Below are positions 51,115 through 63,140 of a stretch of DNA of 64,000 nt, piece by piece. The translations under genes were made by a program, and so were the position numbers. Position 1 is the stretch's first letter; each line of letters begins with the position of its first letter. Source of the stretch: Phoronis australis (Eukaryota > Animalia > Phoronida). A model generated the notes under the pieces. That model was not told where the DNA came from, searched no databases, and worked only from the letters and a program-made list of their open reading frames with translations. The stretch spans positions 945,549 to 1,009,548 of the forward strand of contig NMRA01000101.1 of assembly GCA_002633005.1 (NCBI GenBank), in the 5' to 3' direction.

Positions 51115-51245
51115 TCAGAGTTGTGAAACAGTGCAACCGTTGTTTCTCTGCTCACACCCTGCAGTGTGCTTCATCATGTGTGGTCTGCTTGTTCCTGAGT
51201 CAACAGATATTTCGTTATGATTACTGTCAACAGAGAAGTCTGAAT
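51115..51245 (-). CDS. AQP: Aquaporin terminal exon, cytoplasmic tail (DSDFSVDSNHNE...CTVSQL*)
   Basis: Acceptor tcttttcag; phase-compatible and open to TGA at 51117-51115. The total model is 873 nt (290 aa). Confidence 0.7.
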
Positions 51246-51375
51246 CTGAAAAGACACAAGTAATGAGATTTTGAAATAAAAAATGCAACTGCAAATCGAA
51301 TAAACAATGTCACCAAATTAAACATCAAACTAAGCCGGACTAACTACATTTACCAAATCGTCAAGTATACGTCAC

Positions 51376-51484
51376 CTTCGCCCTCTCTGATTGGTTCTTG
51401 CACAGTTTTGAGTTTCCAGATAAACATGAACTCATAAAGCACAGATGCCACAACAGAGCCACCTAACGGACCAACCCAGTAGAC
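51376..51484 (-). CDS. AQP: Aquaporin exon, TM6 (VYWVGPLGGSVVASVLYEFMF...)
   Basis: WVYWVGP motif; junctions ttttacag / G|GTGAC. Confidence 0.93.
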
Positions 51485-52585
51485 CTGTAAAACATCAGGG
51501 TGTCACTGAGACTTACTTCTCAAGCCTACACCAGCGCATTAATTTACTTAGACCCGGTCAAGTTCTTTCCGCTTGTAACCATATCATGTCATTGTCTCAT
51601 TAGGCAAAAAAGTATTGGTGGTTCTGGTTTCGGGATCTAATCTTTGTACTCGACATCGAACTCGAAATTATTTTTGGCATTTTTTATTTTGTGTTATTGC
51701 GAGCTCAAGATAAGTGTCTATTCTTCTGTGCTGGAATACACTGTGGTTTATCCATACTAGTTTCTAGTTCAAGTTTGTACTTGATGACCACTGGGGTCAT
51801 CAAGTGCAAACTACGATTAGAAAATTCTTCAAGCTGGCCATGTTTATGCGTCTACTAAAAGACTAAAATTTCAATGCGTATTTTCGTAATTATAAGCCAG
51901 TTTTGTAACAATTACTTTGATGGCGTTTGAAATTATTGGAAATATGTATCATTTGGCTCACATACACGAATTTACACAGTTAATATGTTAATATGTCAGT
52001 CCAAAGTAACCGTTTGATCGAAATTTCGGTGTTTTGACACAGGTTGATGAAAATCGGGGAAACATAACGCCAAATAGCGAAGTCCAGATACCCCAGTGCT
52101 TTGCACGTTTGCGAATCAAAATGCAATGTAGGCTTATTGATACATAATATATTGATGATCATTCGTAGCCATAGAGCTTCTAACATTCGCCCTCACGTGC
52201 GCCACAACCACTGTAAACTACTTACCCATTGTATGGACCAATTTCCAGTGTGCACAGCGGGTCCTAAAGCTATGACTGGATTCATGGTTGCGCCGGTGTA
52301 TCTTCCCTAAAATCATGTTGAGAATAATTTTCACTAAAAATGGTCCATTATCGACAAGTGTGCAAAAGGCATCGTTTTAGGTGACATGAAGAGCAGGNCA
52401 GGTTGATGAAAATCGGGGAAACATAACGCCAAATAGCGAAGTCCAGATACCCCAGTGCTTTGCACGTTTGCGAATCAAAATGCAATGTAGGCTTATTGAT
52501 ACATTAATATATTGATGATCATTCGTAGCCATAGAGCTTCTAACATTCGCCCTCACGTGCGCCACAACCACTGTAAACTACTTAC

Positions 52586-52666
52586 CCATTGTATGGACCA
52601 ATTTCCAGTGTGCACAGCGGGTCCTAAAGCTATGACTGGATTCATGGTTGCACCGGTGTATCTTCC
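52586..52666 (-). CDS. AQP: Aquaporin exon, loop E (GRYTGATMNPVIALGPAVHTGNWSIQW); the same exon recurs at 52226-52306 through an assembly overlap
   Basis: YTG-x-x-M-N-P-x-x-x-L-G-P-A-V pattern; junctions attttag / TGG|GTAAGT; 81 nt. Confidence 0.9.
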
Positions 52667-54083
52667 CTAAAATCATGTTGAGAATAATTTTCACTAAAAA
52701 TGGTCCATTATCGACAAGTGTGCAAAAGGCATCCTTTCAGGTGACATGAAGAGCAGGATCCTCCCCCTCACCGGGACGACAAGACAGTCTCTCTTCATCA
52801 CCCAGAAAAGACCCCCTCATCATTAAACCTAGACCCCTCCTCTCACTACAAGAAGACACTCTCCCCTCGTAATAAAAAGACCTGAACAGATGACTTACTC
52901 CCTCATTATGAAAAGAAGACTATCGCAAATCATCAAGAGACAAGACTCCCTGTCTCATATTGAAAAGACTCACTGCCTCGTCATAAAGAGATGAGGCCCT
53001 TCCTTCATAACGAAAAGAAAACCACATCATCATGAAAAAATCTCTCCCCTCGTCATGTAGAGAAGTCTGCCGCCTTAGCTCATCGTGAGAAGACTCCCTT
53101 CCGTATTTTGAAGAGAAGAGTCTCTCCTTTCGCGATGAGGCGAAGAATCCCTCACCTCATCGTTAAAAGACTTCTTCCCCTTCCTCACGCATGGGCGGCG
53201 CAGCAGTGAAATAAATGTGGGGCTATAGCCCCCCAGCCCCCTATGGTGCGGCGCCCAAGTCAAGAAGACAAGACTGCAAACGAAACAAAATTTTAATGTC
53301 GGTCTGAGGAGAAAATTAACAGCCTTACTTCTGTGCACAGATAGTGATTCTAAAATGTTTACGCAGATTCCGGAAAAAATGCAAAATGGACTCGCACGAA
53401 CAGGTCAGCAGACACACTTCTTTTCACATGAGTTGCATTTCCTTTGTCACCCTCAGCAATGCTCTCCTCAGCCCGAAAGTAAAATTTTGTTTGAATTCCC
53501 TTCATACCTAAAGAATGAAAACTCTGTGCAACAGATGCGAGCGTGCTCGACCGTGAGAACTTGAAGTACTACAAGATTTCACTTACCTGCTGAACCCTTT
53601 CAGAGGCATGAGGGAAACAATAAAATAAGAGAACGTCCTTACAAACTCTCAAAAAATGGTGAGGTACATAATAATACACTTCTCCAATAGAGGTCGCAAT
53701 GTACATGGAGAATGTTCGTTAAGTGCTGCCGATTTAAAGTATTTTTATCAATGGAGTTTTCATTTTTAAATGCACAAGGGCATGAACATATGCCAACTTT
53801 TAAGGTATATATCCCTGCCCTTGTGCATTTTGTTTTACAAAATGGCACACATTACAAACAATATGAAGAATGCAGTAGTGACAGTAACACTCGCTCTGAG
53901 ATGTTTGGATTTTATGGTCGAAAACGCGTTAACAAAATGAAATTTGCAGTTTTCTGTCACTCAAGTGATAGCGTGATTGTTCTGGAGCTCGCGCGTCAGT
54001 GGGCCCTGACGTGTGAACAAAATTGTTTTCAAATCTCTATTTCACCTTTGTGAGAAAAGTTATTCTACTCAGAATTTACTTAC

Positions 54084-54288
54084 AAATGACAAAATGGCGA
54101 CTGTGACTGTCAAGCCTATGTGGATGACAGGCATGTAGACGGATTTGAAACGTTCATCTATGGCTCCTAGTGTCACGAGGACCAGGGCGAAGGTAATATA
54201 AAGTTCAACAAAAACACCTTGAACCAAACTGATGGATGGATGCAGTGACGGCCCACCAATGGTGCTGGCAAACGGCTCGCCGAGCGAA
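54084..54288 (-). CDS. AQP: Aquaporin exon, loop C, TM4 and TM5 (QGVFVELYITFALVLV...HIGLTVTVAILSF)
   Basis: QG-x-x-V-E-x-x-I-T-F-x-L-V motif and IGL-x-V of TM5; junctions tttttcag / TTT|GTAAGT. Confidence 0.93.
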
Positions 54289-55502
54289 CTGAAAAATGCG
54301 ACAGAATATTTCATAATCAATTAATATGATACTATTTTTTCGGATTAATATCATATGCACACACACACGCATGCACGCACGCACGTACACAAATGACAGA
54401 CATCAACACAAGGTTAAACAACAACGTTATTTTATGTTTTTGTAAAGGTATACAACAATAACAAGAATTGCTATTATATGAGTTAGTGTACGCGAATCAC
54501 AAATAAAGAGCAAAAGGATGACACCCAAGGTCGAATTTGTACTCTTAGGCATGCTCAAATCAATGCCATGGCAACATTCAATTTTAATACGAAAACAAAC
54601 AGCACGGTCTCTATATAATAAAATCTTGACATAAAGGCATACCTTCAAGGAGTAAAAATAGAAAGGCAAACCAATAAAGAGGTGTCTATTAGGTTTTTGG
54701 GTCAACCCATTAAGGGTTATTGTTTGTGAATAACATGAAACACCTGGAGAATGGGTAAGCAATAACTTTGAAAATATATTTGTACTACAGAATATTAGCT
54801 TTCGGAGTATCTTCTTTCTTGAAAAATTTATAATCCTTTATTTTCTGGTGAATTTTGCGTGGATTTGGCAGTTCATTTTTAACAAATTTTATCACTGAAT
54901 CGTTACTCGCGTCAAGCACCATAAACTCACATTATTTTTCAAAATCGGGTTTTTTTTGAATAAGTAAACTTATGTTCAAGACAAATGATGCGTGTACCGC
55001 CACTAATTCTAATTAAATGGTCAGTATGCTTAGGGGAGGGGAGGAGACACGTAAGTCCTAATACTACACGTACAAAATTCCTAAAGGGTCAGTTCAGTCG
55101 CACCAAATTCATTATTTGAACGTCCGACACCGTGTTGCTCAAAACACCTGTAATATACTGTGACAACAATGAAATTGCACTGTGCCTGAGATGTTCTAAC
55201 TTTGCCTTTAAGTTTGTATTTTTTCGCATTTTTAATGCCTTGTTTTTTCTCCCATTTCATGTATTAGTTAATTTACAACTTAAGTTTGAGCTTAATTAAT
55301 TTGCTATTCCTTTCCTTCCTCCCTCCCTCTCACCATCCCTCCTTCTCACCCTCCACCCCGCCTCACTCCTCCCTCCTAAAACACTGTCTTACAAAGATTG
55401 TCAACAAGTTGTTTCAACGTTTGTTGTTTCAAATTTCTTGGGTACGTTGTGAGATCTACTTTGGGTGACAGAACCCTTAGTTAAAGAAAGTATTCGACTT
55501 AC

Positions 55503-55563
55503 TTTGACCAAGACAGGACAGCTGCAACAGAGCCCACACTTTGGGCTATTATGTACAGAAACG
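55503..55563 (-). CDS. AQP: Aquaporin exon, TM3 (AFLYIIAQSVGSVAAVLSWS)
   Basis: YIIAQxxG motif; junctions ttttcag / AA|GTAAGT; phase 1-2 fits both neighbours. Confidence 0.9.
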
Positions 55564-55890
55564 CTGAAAACATTAGATATTTCTGTTATTTCACACATTT
55601 ATCAAACAAACAAACATTTCAATACTAGGATGATTAGTCTATTGGCAACATATTAGAACCAATTACTTTAATTTAGCTTAAAATGGAATGGCCACTTTGT
55701 TTTTCTTAACTTTCCACAGAGTTATCATGGGCACTTTATTTAGGGTAAAATTTCTTGAACTTATGAATATCATTAGACTACAGTTGCTAAAAAGTAGCCT
55801 ACAACGGAAGCTCTTAATTGAGAAAGAAAATCACCTGTCCAGAATGGTGTTCAACGTTTGAAAAATAAGATTTCCAAACACAGGTATTAC

Positions 55891-56025
55891 CTCTCAACAC
55901 TGAAATTCTGTGTGTTATGAGGAATGAGACACTAATGGCCGGGTTCATGTGACCTCCGCTGATATGAACGAAGCATTCGATCAGAACTAAGAGCGCCATC
56001 CCACATCCCAACGCAAATCTCAAAT
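55891..56025 (-). CDS. AQP: Aquaporin exon, TM2 and loop B (ISGGHMNPAISVSF)
   Basis: SGGHxNPA MIP signature; junctions ttgcag / G|GTAAT. Confidence 0.95.
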
Positions 56026-56797
56026 CTGCAACAATTAAAATCCTAGAAGACAAGGGTTTTTCATTACAAATTTTTCAAATATTTATCATCAACTATACAC
56101 GACTTTCCATTACTTGACCTGAATAGCCCGGTAGGAGCCATTTCATGATCACGTGACTATCTCGCTATCGCCATACGGAGTGCGTGTGGATTTTACACTT
56201 GCTGAATGACAGCCTTACCACATATCTGGGTACTGAATGTTTGCAAATGTGTCAATGATCAAACTGCTTTCTAGATCAATGTCAGTTTTAGGTGTCTATG
56301 CATTTCAGTACAGATGACGTGATAGCTGGTGTTAGTGTAACCATAAAGTCTAAGTATTCTCCATTCTCGGCAAGCTCGTATTGGGAATCTAGTGCGTCAT
56401 AGCAGGACAGTCTTAAAGTGACATCCAAGCGAACGCTTTGATTTCACACACTTTCCGCAGCAAAATTGATTTCAACCTGTTCCTCACTCTGATGAGAAGT
56501 CATTTCTGGATTTGCAAGGAACTGAAAGTTCGTTACTACTTTAAATCATACTTAGTCCATAAATTGGCACGCCATAGCAAGCCTACTTGCACAGCCTAGT
56601 CTCAAGCAGTAACGAAATGCCAGTTCTGCAGAAGCTCTTGAATCCATCTAAAAGTTGTTTGTGTGATGGAAAGCGGGTTTATCGCCTTTTTAACTGGTAC
56701 AACTGCAAGGCGTGTTCAGACATGGTACAGACCTAAGGCACTTTACTATCTTTGACAAACTAAATTTCTTCAATGTAAGTTGTGAAACGTTATTCAC

Positions 56798-56946
56798 CTG
56801 GTGATCCATCTGTGTTTTTGTTCATGCCGTTGTTCATGTTGAAGGATATCAGCATGAAAGTTCCCAGGAACTCTGCCAAAACGGCCTTCCATAGCTCAAC
56901 AGACGACACCTCGCGCCTCATGTAGCTACCCGTGAACTTGTAGACC
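56798..56946 (-). CDS. AQP: Aquaporin (MIP family) exon, TM1 (VYKFTGSYMRREVSSVELWKAVLAEFLGTFMLISF...)
   Basis: MIP TM1 signature AVLAEFLGTF; junctions tttcag / G|GTGAA. Confidence 0.9.
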
Positions 56947-57097
56947 CTGAAATTATTTATGTCTATACGAGAATACTTCGCTTGTGCAACTAATTATTTA
57001 TGATATTCAAAACAGAAGAATTGTTAACCATGAAGCATTTTTTCTGAAACCTGCTTGATCCTCAAAAATTATTTTATTGCATTCAGACCAACGTTTA

Positions 57098-58433
57098 AGG
57101 CGAAGGCAACCTTTTTTCATGTCATTTTGAGCTAAAATAAGGTTGGTTGGTTATCCTAGACATATTTTCCACTTAAGTACAGCTTTTCGTAATTTTATAA
57201 ATTACTCGTCCGCTACTCCGGAAGTGACGTTTTAGGAGGCACGCGTTTCCCGCCACTTGGTTTTGCGTTGACTTTACCGTGCGAATCTGTTCTATTCTAC
57301 TTTTGTTTTGTGCTGTTTTTCAACAATTGTCGCCACCACTTTCCATCGGTGAGTATTCTGCGGCAAGATAAGTTAGTAGAGAACTCAACTACGTTGGATT
57401 TAGGGATTGTTTAGTGTGTTGTAAGCTGAAAATGGCTGGAGTCGGTGACCCGTATCACANNNNNNNNNNNNNNNNNNNNNNNNNNNNNNNNNNNNNNNNN
57501 NNNNNNNNNNNNNNNNNNNNNNNNNNNNNNNNNNNNNNNNNNNNNNNNNNNNNNNNNNNNNNNNNNNNNNNNNNNNNNNNNNNNNNNNNNNNNNNNNNNN
57601 NNNNNNNNNNNNNNNNNNNNNNNNNNNNNNNNNNNNNNNNNNNNNNNNNNNNNNNNNNNNNNNNNNNNNNNNNNNNNNNNNNNNNNNNNNNNNNNNNNNN
57701 NNNNNNNNNNNNNNNNNNNNNNNNNNNNNNNNNNNNNNNNNNNNNNNNNNNNNNNNNNNNNNNNNNNNNNNNNNNNNNNNNNNNNNNNNNNNNNNNNNNN
57801 NNNNNNNNNNNNNNNNNNNNNNNNNNNNNNNNNNNNNNNNNNNNNNNNNNNNNNNNNNNNNNNNNNNNNNNNNNNNNNNNNNNNNNNNNNNNNNNNNNNN
57901 NNNNNNNNNNNNNNNNNNNNNNNNNNNNNNNNNNNNNNNNNNNNNNNNNNNNNNNNNNNNNNNNNNNNNNNNNNNNNNNNNNNNNNNNNNNNNNNNNNNN
58001 NNNNNNNNNNNNNNNNNNNNNNNNNNNNNNNNNNNNNNNNNNNNNNNNNNNNNNNNNNNNNNNNNNNNNNNNNNNNNNNNNNNNNNNNNNNNNNNNNNNN
58101 NNNNNNNNNNNNNNNNNNNNNNNNNNNNNNNNNNNNNNNNNNNNNNNNNNNNNNNNNNNNNNNNNNNNNNNNNNNNNNNNNNNNNNNNNNNNNNNNNNNN
58201 NNNNNNNNNNNNNNNNNNNNNNNNNNNNNNNNNNNNNNNNNNNNNNNNNNNNNNNNNNNNNNNNNNNNNNNNNNNNNNNNNNNNATGCTTGCCTCCTAAA
58301 ACGTCACTTCCGGAGTAGCGGACGAGTAATTAATAAAATTACGAAAAGTTGTAATTAAGTGGAAAATATGTCTAGGATAACCAACCAACCTTATTTTAGC
58401 TCAAAATGACATGGAAAAAGGTTGCCTTCGCCT
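57098..58433. mobile_element. DNA transposon with ~145-bp TIRs spanning the assembly gap (possibly Kolobok-like)
   Basis: 57098-57243 is the near-perfect reverse complement of 58289-58433. Termini are AGG...CCT in a TTTA/TTAA context. Confidence 0.8.
57460..58284. other. Assembly gap (N run)
   Basis: Ns in the sequence. Confidence 1.
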
Positions 58434-58892
58434 TTAACGGAGAGGCTGGGGCTGGACCTTTTCCGCGGTGGGGTTCGCTCGAACCGTTTGAATCCCCTTG
58501 GCTACGGGCCTGCTTCGCATTGTACAAAAGAATGTTTTTGTTCACAACTACCCTGCATTGATTTCACGGCATAGTGTTTCACGTATTTGTTTTCATGGTG
58601 ATTTTTGGAAAGAATGCAAACTGAAACCCTTCGGCACTCAGTAACAGTAGCCTAGATTATGCATTTGAAAATCGGTCTCAGTCACAAATTATCTCTCAAT
58701 AGGAGATGTTCGTATGTAATTACGGATAACATTTATTCGCCCTAAATGTGCACATCTATCAACATCAAATTTACAATACAAAGACACTTCACTGAATAAC
58801 GGGCATAGGGCACAGGTTATGTCTGACTATTGAATTATTACGTGCATACATTTGAGAACGAAATTAATGCCCGTTATTCAATATTGAGTAAA

Positions 58893-59391
58893 AGGTCCTT
58901 TCAAACTAATGTCTGCGCGTCGATGCTTTGGGCAGTTGCTGTCATATGAATGGTCCTGGATGGAGCGGCAATTAACTTCGTAGTAAACTGGTGGTTGTAA
59001 CAGCGAGCGTCGACACTGCGGTGCAGTACAATGAACGGTCAACTTCGATCCAATCGAAGTTATCACCAGGGGCCTCTGTTATCGTCAACTACTAAAGGGC
59101 TGTGTCATCGCTAATAGTTGCTTGTATTTTTCTCGAATAATCATTAATCGAATTAGAAATAAGTTTTATATCAATTAGCACATGTAAATGCTCCCAAATT
59201 GCCACATTAAAAAATCTTAGGGTGCACGCGATGCATCAGCGCTACCTTGCGATATTACTTCGATGACAAAAGCGTGACCTACTGTTTACTTCGATGTCCG
59301 TTAACCACCGAAGCCGGTATCTGGGTATTTGAACGGATAAGTTAACTTCGCAGTTTGCGTCGACGCTCCGCTCAGACCGGATGAAAGGCCT
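58893..59391. mobile_element. MITE family B, diverged copy 2
   Basis: Collinear with 24689-25193 (e.g. AGCGCTACCTTGCGATA, GTCGACGCTCCGCTCAGACCGGA). Confidence 0.75.
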
Positions 59392-60553
59392 TATGAAAGG
59401 AAACGAAATACCCAGGGTCGGGGTACTATATTGAAAACGTTTTCATAAATGTCCTATTCTTGAAATTATAAATATTGTATCAATGGGTTTGTTGGACTTA
59501 TTTTATGCTAACATGAACATGTGGCTGTGTACCTCCGTCGTAACTAACCTGCGGGTAATGAGAAACCTACCTTTATTTGGAAGGTTATTGCATATTCAAA
59601 ATATCCACAACTCATTTTTAATGACGTATTGCCTCCTGATTTAACCGGCAGTAGAAACAAAAAGGCAGCCGTTAGGTTTTTATAACAAAGAAAATGGAGG
59701 AAACAGGTCCACTACTGGAGAGGATTAAACACAAGGAAAAGCAGAGCTAAAGCATGTAAAAATCAAGAAAAACCTGCGAATGCATGAACGATAGACACAA
59801 AATGATGACATATAGGCCTTCAACATTGATCCATACACAGATACGTTTTCTAAAACAAACCCTGTTTCTCCAAAAGTAAAATCACGAGAAGAGCACACCA
59901 ACTAAGCCAAGCATAGAATCGAACACACCGCCAGTCCGAAACAGATCGGCAAATGTTAGTTGGCTGAATAGGAGTCTTTTGAATTCAGATATTGGTTGAA
60001 TACAATACTGCAGCTATATTTCTATTGAACTTCAGCATGTTTTTACACGTGGAAAAAAGAACTGTAGCGGTCAGTCACCTAAACCTTTAGTGTATTGGTT
60101 ATGGATCATTCTTATGCACACCAATATAACTCGCCAAGTTATAAGGCAAACGAATACAAAAACAACATATACTTTCTGTACTTGGCTGCATGTCGACATT
60201 AGTGAATACAACTGGTTTTGATTTTTAGAACAAGAGAAATGTGCATTTCATCGATTTTTCAGTTTCGAAAGAATTCAAACACTGCCTATGATGAGATAAC
60301 AGTAGACATATATCCTTGTAAGTTTTCCATGGTTTCCTATACTACATTTTGCGCAAGTCACAAGTCATTTCAGTCTGGCACACAGTTGAGGAGAGGCACA
60401 AAAAAAACTGCTCTGCGATGGTGAAATTGTCATAAATGAAATGGAATTAAATAAAGAATAGCGAATTCTTCCCTAAATGCGATGACAGTGACAATCATGC
60501 GCTGCACACCAACATATTAGTATACAAGTAAATCGATGATATTCCAAACTTAC

Positions 60554-60643
60554 ATGGTGAGGTAATGGCAAGAAAATACCACCGAAGACGATTAGCACAG
60601 TCAACTTGTACGTTGCGGGACCATTAATTGGAGAGTAGTCCAT
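60554..60643 (-). other. Putative first exon of the aquaporin, supplying the AT of a split ATG (coding bases 60555-60554); 5' boundary uncertain
   Basis: The exon ends CTCACCAT|GTAAGT. Joining it to the next exon (which starts G GTC TAC) gives CACCATGG in frame, with in-frame stops upstream. Confidence 0.6.
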
Positions 60644-62929
60644 CAACTAGTCACGTAAAAGGCTAACGGGGCGATAACGAAGTATATGTGACCCCACGAC
60701 AATGACAGCGAATGAGAATTGAGGTCATGGACACAACGCACTCTGGCACTTTCAATTGAATTTTGAAGGTTGATTAAAGTAACACAAAACCCAAGACTTG
60801 AACTGCCCACACTATAGGGGTTGGCTCATTTCAGCTATACCCTAGCTCATTGCTCAGATTCAAGATCCAGAACAATGGAAAACACGAGGACCCTGAAGGA
60901 CGCCAAACTCCTTCTCAGGAAGTCTTAACGTTAAGGACTGAGAATAGACAGCCACACAACACTTCGAGTACGATACCGTCCATATCTTTTTTCACGTCAC
61001 TTTGTACAGGCAGCTCCCATTTTCGGTTTTCGTAGTTCTAACTTCGTTCAGATAGGTCCAAAAAATTGGTGATACGTTCAAGGAACGGGCGACAGCTGGA
61101 AACATGAGCTAAAAATATGTCCCAGATTCACTTCCTATAGAAGGAAATTCACCACTGAGAAGTACTATGTGACTTGGCACATCGCTTTTTGAGTACAAAT
61201 TCCTCCGACATATGTTATGAACAAAAATAATGTTTTGGACAGCTGTTAGTTCTTGCATAAGTGAAGATTTTAGTTTTCAGGTAATTATATTTGATCCTTT
61301 AGAGTAAAAAGAAAATTTTGGACTGTTTTGAAATTTTACTTTAAATGTGCCCTGGAATTTTTTCCACTTTGCTTTTCCGTACTGACGAGATGTATTTTGT
61401 TCTTGCATAGTGAAAATAATGTTTTGGTCTGTTTTTAATTCTTGCATAAATGAAAATTCTGGTTCTGGGGTATTTTGTCGTCCTGGAGAGTAAAAACAAT
61501 TGTTTGGCCTGTTTTAAAATCCTTATGGAACATATCTGTCGCGTATTTTATGGCTTTCACAATGTATGTTAATGTTATTTCATTTACTACATGTGTCCCT
61601 ATATATTTTTGTACTTATGTTTATGATTCAGCTCATTTCACACATAAGTTACATTTATATATTCCTCTTATTTTGTATTTGTTCTTCTCTTGCGCTTTCT
61701 CTGGTGGGTGGATAAAGATTCTACATGTGAGGCAGATTGCTATCCACCTTTACAGTTTCATATGCTTTATATTTGTTGTGCATATTTTCTATCTGCAGAA
61801 TTTTCATTAGTCATAATATGTTACTTTGTATCTCTCCACCACTTTTGTCGTTTCACTGTAAAGCAGCGTCGAGAGCACTTCGCATTTAGACGCCTAAAAA
61901 TAGAAAATGTGAGAGAGTTTGTGAGCTGCGTAGCAGGTGGAAATAGGCAGAAGGTTGATGCACTTACCAGAGCTGAAGAAATACTCACAGAGGCATTGCT
62001 CAATTAGAGTCCTATCTCGACAACTGTTTGTGCAAAACCCGAGTTTCGAGAATAAAGTACGTATCAAAAAAAGCATCAGACAAGTATCCAAAACCAAGTT
62101 TTATAGTCAGTTTATTTTACAAAATAGTGTCTTGTTGGAAGAGTAGATTTGGATGTAAATATTTCATCAAAAATTAAGGATGTATGAACACACTATTTTT
62201 TCAAAATCTGAGTCGGTGACCCTGCAGTCGATATTTTAGTGAGCGCTCTCGTGGAATGACTTAACTTCGAAGCACGGGTAGGAGCGAAGTTAACTATATG
62301 GGAAACGGCCTTTTGTGTTTTTATTACAAATCTCCAATTCTCGTTGTTGTCTGTCAGACACTTGTTAAAACCAAAGCCTGTGACTTGACCCTTACATGTG
62401 CTTAAAACTGTCATAACGAGTGGCAATTAGCGCAGCCAGCAAAGAAGTTGATTGCGGCGCTGAGTAAACTTTGTCAACATACGGGTATTCAAGTGTTTGG
62501 AAAGGCACTGTGCTCTGGTCTTCCTTTACTGACCAACAAAAGAAAATAGGAGAAAATTTCTGGGTATCTTCACGGCAATACATGAATGAAATGCCTTTAA
62601 AATTGTTTCTGAATTTATCGCTGTCCAGGATCTGCCTAAGCTAATCTCATGATTTTTAGGTAGCTGAAGTAAAAGGGCAATGACACTACCTGGGGCGGTG
62701 TGTACACTGGTACCTGTTTATTGTTATGCTTGAGTGAGACGATTGATGTGCTTTTTTACTTTGCTCGGCAAAAATTCATGTTATCAATGCAAGTAAATAC
62801 AGTGGATCCCCTAAAGGCCTGATTGAAGGAAGTTAATACTTTGTCGCAGTCCAGATCTGGTGTCTTGTCGTTTGTATGAGCACCTGTTCATGTTGTTTTT
62901 AAAAGTGTTAAAACACTATAAAAGCATTA

Positions 62930-63140
62930 CCCATGGACATGCGAAGAATGTCTTACATAACTTAAAAAATATCTGTGGCTGTGTTGAATTTACGAAGGAT
63001 GTCTAGATTGTTCCAACTGAGACAATTTAGAATCTTAATTGTGTTGGATCCATTGTATGTTCGGTTTGGTATAGTAATCTGGGTAATAGGAGAAGTACGT
63101 TTACTACCTGCGTTCGCTGATTGGAATGTGATATGGCAGC
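62930..63140 (-). mobile_element. Degenerate LINE (CR1/L2-like) ORF2 C-terminal fragment
   Basis: Hand translation ...YNGSNTIKILNCLSWNNLDILRKFNTATDIF resembles the L-x-x-L-x-W-x-x-L-x-x-R-R motif found after the RT domain. Confidence 0.4.

Noticed and set aside
51100-51117. AQP4-style stop-codon readthrough
   Set aside because: The context is TGA-ATT, not the TGA-CTAG readthrough motif.
55074-55147. Candidate extra aquaporin loop C exon (NNEFGATEL)
   Set aside because: It has an in-frame TAG before any donor, and the flanking exons already join in phase and supply loop C.
57414-58358. 314-aa and 284-aa ORFs in the ORF track
   Set aside because: These are translations of the N gap.
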